Shown piece after piece: positions 50,689 through 55,177 of a stretch of DNA of 55,177 nt. A program made the translations under genes and the position numbers. Every line of letters starts with the position of its first letter. The first letter of the stretch is position 1. The stretch is from a virus, in IMG/VR virus record IMGVR_UViG_3300043331_000267, positions 1-55,177 of that record; one strand, given 5' to 3'. The notes beneath the pieces were generated by a model, which was not told the origin of the DNA, ran no database searches, and was given only the letters and a program-made list of their open reading frames with translations.

Positions 50689-50882
50689 CTGAAGTTGCAA
50701 ACGTTGATGCGAAGGCCGCCATTGCACGCGCACGCCGAGAGATCCAAGAGGAAGCCATGAAGAAGGCCGTGGACAAGCTCAAGGCGAAGCTGCGCGAGCG
50801 CGAGGCCGCCGCCACTGTGCTGGCAAACGTGGATCGGGAAATCAAGGATCTTGAGCTGGCTATCGAACAAGGCAATGCCTAA
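50685..50882 (+). CDS. Coiled-coil 65-aa protein
   Basis: ATG 50685 (MTEVANVDAK). Confidence 0.5.
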   Translation: MTEVANVDAKAAIARARREIQEEAMKKAVDKLKAKLREREAAATVLANVDREIKDLELAIEQGNA

Positions 50883-51474
50883 CGTCAGCGACGAACGAAT
50901 CCTCAGCCGCCCTCTCGGAATTGAGTGGGCTGGCTGGCGCTCTGACACGCTGACATTGCAGCGTTGTGGCTGGCGTTTGGCTGTGAACTTTGAACCGTAC
51001 GATTATACGTATCAGCTGCTCATGAAGAACGAAACGCTTCGACTCTGCGGCATCACTACGGCTATGACGATCGAGAGCCGATCAATGCGATGGGATTCCG
51101 ATCTGTCGCGCCTCCCTGTGTTCCGGGTCGTGCAGGTCGCCCCAGACATCCATGTGCGCACTTGCACAAGCGTAGATCTGATGCCGGTCGGTAACTTCGA
51201 AGAGATCGACGCGACGCCTCAGTTTGTCAGCAGCAAGATCGAAAGCCTGTACGACTTAAACGTATTCGCCACGAAGTGGGCTGAGCAGGTGCTGGTGGAC
51301 AAGGCCGACATGACGGTCATCGAGCATCTGGAAGCCATCAAGCGATTGCAGTCGCCGAAGCAGCAGGAGATTCGTAAGCGGTTGCTTCGCGAGGGACCGA
51401 CGCCACGGCCGGAAGTTCGGGTTCCGCAACTACACCTTGTCGCGCAGTTGGTTCACTACGCCGAGGCTGCCTAA
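50875..51474 (+). CDS. Hypothetical protein (199 aa)
   Basis: ATG 50875 (MPNVSDERIL). Confidence 0.55.
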   Translation: MPNVSDERILSRPLGIEWAGWRSDTLTLQRCGWRLAVNFEPYDYTYQLLMKNETLRLCGITTAMTIESRSMRWDSDLSRLPVFRVVQVAPDIHVRTCTSVDLMPVGNFEEIDATPQFVSSKIESLYDLNVFATKWAEQVLVDKADMTVIEHLEAIKRLQSPKQQEIRKRLLREGPTPRPEVRVPQLHLVAQLVHYAEAA

Positions 51475-51486
51475 CTCTGAATTGCT

Positions 51487-51497
51487 GACCTGAGTAG
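51487..51497 (+). promoter_or_regulatory. GACCTGAGTAG box, copy 3 (8 nt before ATG 51506)
   Basis: Exact repeat of the 11-mer. Confidence 0.5.
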
Positions 51498-51505
51498 AGG
51501 AAACA

Positions 51506-52039
51506 ATGGGTAGAGAGATACGACGCGTACCGGCCAACTGGGAGCATCCAAAGAAGGAAGTTCCGGACCACAGATCCATGAGGATGGTAGAGCGATATCA
51601 GCCAATGTTTGATAGGCCATTCGCTCCAGCAATGCGCGAGTGGTACGCGAACTGGGAGGCGTGGGAGCGTGGCGAGCGGCCCGAGCATTGCGACGACGAG
51701 GAAAGCAGAAAACTCCCATTCTGGGAATGGGATGGTAGCCCGCCTGATCCTCACTACTATCGTCCGGATTGGAAGCCGGAAGACATGACTTGGTTTCAGG
51801 TCTACGAAACCGTGAGCGAAGGTACGCCAGTGTCCCCGCCGTTCGCCACCGAAGACGAATTGATTCAATACCTCGCTGACAACGGCGATTTTTGGGATCA
51901 ATTACGGGTGAATGAAGGGCGTCAGACAGGCCCGGCTGCATGGGGACGTGAAGCAGCTGAGCGCTTTGTCAAAAGACGATGGGCTCCGAGTGGAATGCTG
52001 GTGAATGGACAGTTCCTAACCGCGCGTGATGGCGCATAG
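51506..52039 (+). CDS. Trp/Glu-rich hypothetical protein (177 aa)
   Basis: Intact ORF preceded by the conserved box. Confidence 0.6.
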   Translation: MGREIRRVPANWEHPKKEVPDHRSMRMVERYQPMFDRPFAPAMREWYANWEAWERGERPEHCDDEESRKLPFWEWDGSPPDPHYYRPDWKPEDMTWFQVYETVSEGTPVSPPFATEDELIQYLADNGDFWDQLRVNEGRQTGPAAWGREAAERFVKRRWAPSGMLVNGQFLTARDGA

Positions 52040-52058
52040 TCATCGCAGACCTAGTTCG

Positions 52059-52433
52059 ATGATCGCCACGTTCGAAGAACTTGCGAAGCTTGCCGGCACA
52101 AAGAAGCCGAAGGCTGTCGCTGCCTGGTGCGCCAGGAATCGCATTTTGACGTGGCGCGACACGAAGGGCCGGCCGTGCACGACGTTGACAGCCCTCGACC
52201 GGGCGTTGCATCGTGGTACGACCGATAACGAACCAAACTACGAGCCTCCGGAATGGCCTACCTCCCATCCTGCGGCCTCTCAATCCCAGGCGTCACCGAA
52301 AAAGACGGCCGGTATTACAAGGTCATCAAGAACAAGTGGCATCCGCTCTCCCGGATCGACGAAGGCGCCAATGCTCTCTACCGCGCTCTCTACGAGCTCG
52401 ACCCGCTCCGGCCCGGAACGATCGGGGAGCTGA
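52059..52433 (+). CDS. DUF4224-like excisionase-position protein (functional part probably the first ~65 aa)
   Basis: Contains FEELAKLAGTKKPKAVAAWCARNRILTWRDTKGRPCTTLTALDRAL. The frame stays open for 181 nt into the integrase gene. Confidence 0.5.
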   Translation: MIATFEELAKLAGTKKPKAVAAWCARNRILTWRDTKGRPCTTLTALDRALHRGTTDNEPNYEPPEWPTSHPAASQSQASPKKTAGITRSSRTSGIRSPGSTKAPMLSTALSTSSTRSGPERSGS

Positions 52434-53176
52434 TCAACGTGTATCGCGCAGTCGGGATGGACGAGCTGAAGCCGGCGACGCGGGATGATTACCTCAACAT
52501 CCTGAAGCGCCTGGACCATCACTTCGGCAAGATGCGGATTGGCACGCTGAAACCGAACCAGATCGCCCATTTCCTCGAGACCAGAAAGAAGCGCGGCAGG
52601 GGCGGCACGCGCGCGAACCGCGAAGTGGCCGTGCTGAGCGCCATTCACAATTTCGGCATGCGCCAGATGTACGTCGAGACCAATCCGTGCCGCGAAGTGT
52701 CTCGCAACACAGAGCGCCCGAAATCCAAGGTGGTGAAGGATGCCGAATTCTTAGAGGTGTTCGAGCGCTCTAATGAGGCGTTCCAGGACCTGATCGCCGC
52801 GGCCTACCTATCTGGCGTACGGCAGACCGATGTCATCGCCTGGAAGCGCTCCGAGCACCTGAAGCCGGAAGGCATCGTGTACGTCCAGAGCAAGACCAAG
52901 AAGCCGCACACGGTCTACTGGTCTGATGCCCTGCGCTTCTTCGTACGGCGCGCTATGGAGCGATTTCCAGGGACTGAGCTTGTGTTCACCAATACGGAAG
53001 GCGAGGCATGGACAACGTCTGCAATCGCTTCGCAATTGGCCAGGCTAGAATCTGGATGGTGCTTCAAGGATCTGCGCGCGAAAGCGCAGACCGATTCGCC
53101 ACACTCGGTTCTCGGGCACGGCGCAGCGCTGGAAGCGATGTATCGGAAGGAACTTCGGACGCGCCCAGTACGGTAG
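52253..53176 (+). CDS. int: Integrase (tyrosine recombinase 2) with arm-binding-type N-terminus
   Basis: 307 aa. GVTEKDGRYYKV, R in LSGVRQTD, KDLRAK (Lys where its paralogue has His), LGHGA, EAMYRK. attP lies 67 nt downstream. Confidence 0.8.
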   Translation: MAYLPSCGLSIPGVTEKDGRYYKVIKNKWHPLSRIDEGANALYRALYELDPLRPGTIGELINVYRAVGMDELKPATRDDYLNILKRLDHHFGKMRIGTLKPNQIAHFLETRKKRGRGGTRANREVAVLSAIHNFGMRQMYVETNPCREVSRNTERPKSKVVKDAEFLEVFERSNEAFQDLIAAAYLSGVRQTDVIAWKRSEHLKPEGIVYVQSKTKKPHTVYWSDALRFFVRRAMERFPGTELVFTNTEGEAWTTSAIASQLARLESGWCFKDLRAKAQTDSPHSVLGHGAALEAMYRKELRTRPVR

Positions 53177-53208
53177 TTCTTAGAGAGCGGTGAGCGATTC
53201 TTAGAGGA
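53177..53208 (+). promoter_or_regulatory. Two direct TTCTTAGAG(A/G) repeats 21 bp apart (candidate arm-type Int sites, P arm)
   Basis: Located at 53177-53187 and 53198-53208. The same 9-10-mer also occurs at 52748-52758. Confidence 0.4.
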
Positions 53209-53242
53209 AAAATGCGATGTTTCACGGGAAACAATGTACATT

Positions 53243-53295
53243 CAGACGGACTGTTAATCCGTTGGTCGCTGGTTCGAGTCCGGCCCGGGGAGCCA
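53243..53295 (+). other. attP core: 3' ~53 nt of a tRNA-Asn(GUU) gene (anticodon arm, variable loop, T arm, acceptor 3' strand, CCA)
   Basis: ACGGA-CTGTTAA-TCCGT (anticodon GTT), GCTGG-TTCGAGT-CCGGC and CCGGGGAGCCA are present. No matching 5' acceptor or D arm lies upstream. Confidence 0.7.
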
Positions 53296-53311
53296 ACCTT
53301 GGCCACTTTCG

Positions 53312-53372
53312 TCTCTAAGACCGTGGCAAAAAACCTCCAAAAAATGCCGTGTTTTAGGAAGCCTCTTAGAGG
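53312..53372 (+). promoter_or_regulatory. TCTTAGAG repeats on the other side of the core (inverted at 53312-53320, direct at 53363-53372; P' arm candidates)
   Basis: Read directly. The second copy lies inside the near-palindrome GCCTCTTAGAGGC. Confidence 0.35.
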
Positions 53373-53397
53373 CTCAAATCCTGAACGGAGGTGAGCA

Positions 53398-53553
53398 GTG
53401 AAAGCGATCTCCATCAACATAGGCGCGCTGCTGCTATTTGGGCTCTCCTACGTGGCGACGTGGCATCACCGCCCATGGCTCGCTGCGGGATTGTTTTTGG
53501 CCAGCCTGCCGGTCTATAGACTCGGTCCTCAGGAGGGAGTTGGCCATGAATGA
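53398..53553 (+). CDS. 51-aa two-helix membrane peptide (below the track cutoff), attP-adjacent moron
   Basis: GGAGGTGA followed by GTG 53398. Translates to VKAISINIGALLLFGLSYVATWHHRPWLAAGLFLASLPVY... Confidence 0.4.
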   Translation: MKAISINIGALLLFGLSYVATWHHRPWLAAGLFLASLPVYRLGPQEGVGHE

Positions 53554-53737
53554 GACGTGCCCCCATTGTAGGCAACCACTGGAGGACTATTGGTGGGAGA
53601 CGCGCCTACCTCAAAGTCGATGGACCAAACAACAAGCAGCCGCATCCGCACAGCGACAACGAGCTGTTGAGGAGTGGGAACGCCTAGTACAAAGCGTGTA
53701 CTCATCGCACAACACACGAGATGCGCCCTCTACGTAG
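53546..53737 (+). CDS. 63-aa CxxC protein, attP-adjacent moron
   Basis: GGAGGG followed by ATG 53546 (MNETCPHCRQPLEDYWW), inside track ORF 53438..53737. Confidence 0.5.
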   Translation: MNETCPHCRQPLEDYWWETRLPQSRWTKQQAAASAQRQRAVEEWERLVQSVYSSHNTRDAPST

Positions 53738-53851
53738 TTGCTGACGCGCCGCGACTCAGGACAGGATCCGCACGCCACAGGCGAACCCGGATTGTTCCAT
53801 AAACCACAGAGGAGGTGTCCCTACGACTTTTGGCAGCTGATAAATCGTTGG

Positions 53852-53890
53852 GGATGCCGGCTCCCAACGGGTCGGCGTCCTTTATTCTAT
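53852..53890 (+). terminator. Intrinsic terminator ending the attP-adjacent moron unit
   Basis: GGATGCCG-13 nt-CGGCGTCC followed by TTTATTCTAT. Confidence 0.55.
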
Positions 53891-54106
53891 CCCGATAGCC
53901 GTCAGGCACTTTCGGTATTGGATGCCCTGCTCGGCAACCTTCTGGATGAAATCAGCGAACGTCTTTCCCGTCATCGGTACCGGCGGCGGGCAACTCGCCC
54001 GAACCAGTGGCGGGATTTCCTGTGATGGCTTCGTTGACTGTGTCGAGCACGCGCTGATCAGCAAAGCAGTCCCGATACACAGGCTTCTCGCGAATTTGAG
54101 TTTCAA
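53882..54106 (-). CDS. Rz1: o-spanin (Rz1-like outer-membrane lipoprotein)
   Basis: 74 aa. Lipobox LISAC and a Pro-rich mature part. Starts inside Rz in another frame and extends past the Rz stop. Confidence 0.8.
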   Translation of the reverse strand: MKLKFARSLCIGTALLISACSTQSTKPSQEIPPLVRASCPPPVPMTGKTFADFIQKVAEQGIQYRKCLTAIGIE

Positions 54107-54329
54107 GCTGTTGCCTCACGGTGACGTGTCTCACTTCGATGGCCGCAATCTTTTCTGCCGCCCCCGCCATTGCGGCCTCTCGCGCTGTCTTAGCCACTTC
54201 CTCGAGCGTCACGCGCTGGGCGATCTCCACCGCCCGACCATCTGCCCTGCCCTTTACGTACGCGCCGCTCACGATGCCGGCGAGACCGATACCAGCAACG
54301 AGCAATAGCCACGGGTTAAGCGCCAGCAT
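53952..54329 (-). CDS. Rz: i-spanin (Rz-like)
   Basis: 125 aa with N-terminal TM helix WLLLVAGIGLAGIVSGA and a coiled-coil periplasmic domain. Confidence 0.8.
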   Translation of the reverse strand: MLALNPWLLLVAGIGLAGIVSGAYVKGRADGRAVEIAQRVTLEEVAKTAREAAMAGAAEKIAAIEVRHVTVRQQLETQIREKPVYRDCFADQRVLDTVNEAITGNPATGSGELPAAGTDDGKDVR

Positions 54330-54522
54330 CCTGGTCCCGCTTCTGCAGTTCGGTGTTTATGAAGCCGCGCCAAAACGTCAGCAACGCGATCGCGGCCATG
54401 TAGTACTTCAGGTGCGACTCAGGAATAATCCCAGTCACGCCAGCAACCGCCGCAATCGTCCCTTGCAGAAAGCCGAGCACCTTGGTCCCGTGCGCGCGCA
54501 GAAACTCTACAAGCCAAAACAT
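54316..54522 (-). CDS. Holin (two-TMD type)
   Basis: 68 aa with two hydrophobic helices and a charged C-terminus (KRDQDAGA). Lies between the endolysin and spanin genes. Confidence 0.7.
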   Translation of the reverse strand: MFWLVEFLRAHGTKVLGFLQGTIAAVAGVTGIIPESHLKYYMAAIALLTFWRGFINTELQKRDQDAGA

Positions 54523-55049
54523 CGGCGTATCCTCAGCCAGTGAACAATTCGATCATCGAGCCCGTTGAATCCTCCGTTGATCCTGCGCGTCAAGGCGCCA
54601 AACAAATCCCCATCCGCGAACTGATTCAGATCGCGTGACTTCCAAAACCAGCCGGCCGATCGGCACGCACCGTCGGGCTGCTCAAGCAACTCGGGATGAC
54701 TCACCAGATCCAAGCCCAGCCCTGCTCCACAGTCTCGGTAGTTCGAGCGCCCCGTGATCTGCAGTAGCCCACGACCTTTGTATCGCGGGCCATCTCCTGG
54801 ATGCGTGTTGCCGAGATCGACGCGGCCGTTGTACGCAGTGCCGTCGGCAAGCTCTCTGGTGTATCGGAGCGATCCTGACTCGTGACAGATCTGGGCTAGG
54901 AATGCGGCCTGTCGGCGCGGGGTGTCGATTCCGAACTCCTGCATCGCTTGCGTCAGCAGGGGTGCATAGGTGACCGAACGAGGAGCCGCAGCGGGCATCA
55001 TTGCGGTCAGATCAGCTGGGGTCATGTCGATGGGTCCAGCCAAAGACAC
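54507..55049 (-). CDS. Endolysin, glycoside hydrolase family 19 (chitinase-like lysozyme)
   Basis: Contains FLAQICHESGSLRYTRE...YKGRGLLQITGRSNY...AGWFWK...INGGFNG. GTG start at 55049, with ATG 55025 as an alternative. Confidence 0.85.
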   Translation of the reverse strand: MSLAGPIDMTPADLTAMMPAAAPRSVTYAPLLTQAMQEFGIDTPRRQAAFLAQICHESGSLRYTRELADGTAYNGRVDLGNTHPGDGPRYKGRGLLQITGRSNYRDCGAGLGLDLVSHPELLEQPDGACRSAGWFWKSRDLNQFADGDLFGALTRRINGGFNGLDDRIVHWLRIRRCFGL

Positions 55050-55080
55050 AAAGCGCCACGAAGAACACGATGCCCTCGGC

Positions 55081-55177
55081 GATCATGGCTTACGGTTTCG
55101 CTCCATGATCTCGTGCCATTGCACGATGCGCGCCGGCAAATCGTTTCGCAGGTCGTGCAGCGATTTCCGCAGCTGGC
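55081..55177. repeat. Second copy of the 97-bp closure overlap
   Basis: Identical to 1-97. Confidence 0.95.

Larger units (their letters stand above)
1..55080. mobile_element. Complete temperate P22-like podophage genome (circular form, attP intact)
   Basis: Contains terminase, portal, coat, gp4/gp10-like hub, tailspikes, lysis, replication, recombination, integrase and attP. The window ends overlap by 97 bp, so the unit length is 55,080 bp. Confidence 0.85.

Noticed and set aside
53243-53295. A complete tRNA-Asn gene
   Set aside because: Only the anticodon arm, variable loop, T arm and 3' acceptor strand are present. No complementary 5' acceptor strand (TCCCCGG) or D arm lies upstream, so it is an attP core and not a functional tRNA.
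53064-53420. 118-aa minus-strand ORF and 53212..53394 plus-strand ORF across attP
   Set aside because: They run through the tRNA-derived core and the arm repeats. These are chance open frames in a non-coding recombination site.
53738-54025. 95-aa plus-strand ORF after the CxxC gene
   Set aside because: It overlaps the terminator and the Rz/Rz1 genes on the other strand and has no SD.
55012-55086. 24-aa hydrophobic ORF (MIAEGIVFFVALCVFGWTHRHDPS), ATGA-coupled to the 64-aa gene and overlapping the endolysin start
   Set aside because: It is too short to support from sequence alone. It is mentioned under the lysis finding but not annotated as a feature.

Overview
This window is a complete, circularly closed genome of about 55.08 kb from a temperate, high-GC P22-like podophage. 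Bases 1-97 repeat exactly at 55081-55177. A beta-proteobacterial, Burkholderia/Ralstonia-type host is inferred from codon bias only.

Layout:
- A divergent genetic switch sits near 37.6 kb.
- The leftward (minus) arm carries a cro-like gene, a regulator, the replication genes (DUF1376, SF2 helicase, primase), small early genes and a Q-like antiterminator.
- A consensus late promoter with an immediate terminator lies near 29.4 kb.
- One late operon of about 30 kb follows. In order it holds ten coupled unknown leader genes, terS, terL, portal, an HslV/proteasome-like peptidase, scaffold and a P22-type coat. Next comes a glycosyltransferase/methyltransferase cassette bracketed by duplicated Thr-tract mini-proteins. 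After that are gp4/gp10-like tail hub genes, ejection proteins and three receptor-binding proteins that share one N-terminal anchor.
- An antisense O-antigen acyltransferase moron follows, and then lysis genes that run across the circular junction (GH19 endolysin, holin, overlapping Rz/Rz1).
- The rightward (plus) arm carries a repressor-like gene, a lipoprotein moron with a palindromic operator, an N6A methylase, Erf/YqaJ-exonuclease/SSB and DUF1367/DUF1364. It continues with an orphan tyrosine recombinase, an HD hydrolase, a C5 methylase whose middle is encoded out of frame, many coupled micro-ORFs and a Xis-like gene. It ends with the integrase and attP, which is the 3' part of tRNA-Asn.

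All family names rest on motifs recognised by eye. No database searches were run.
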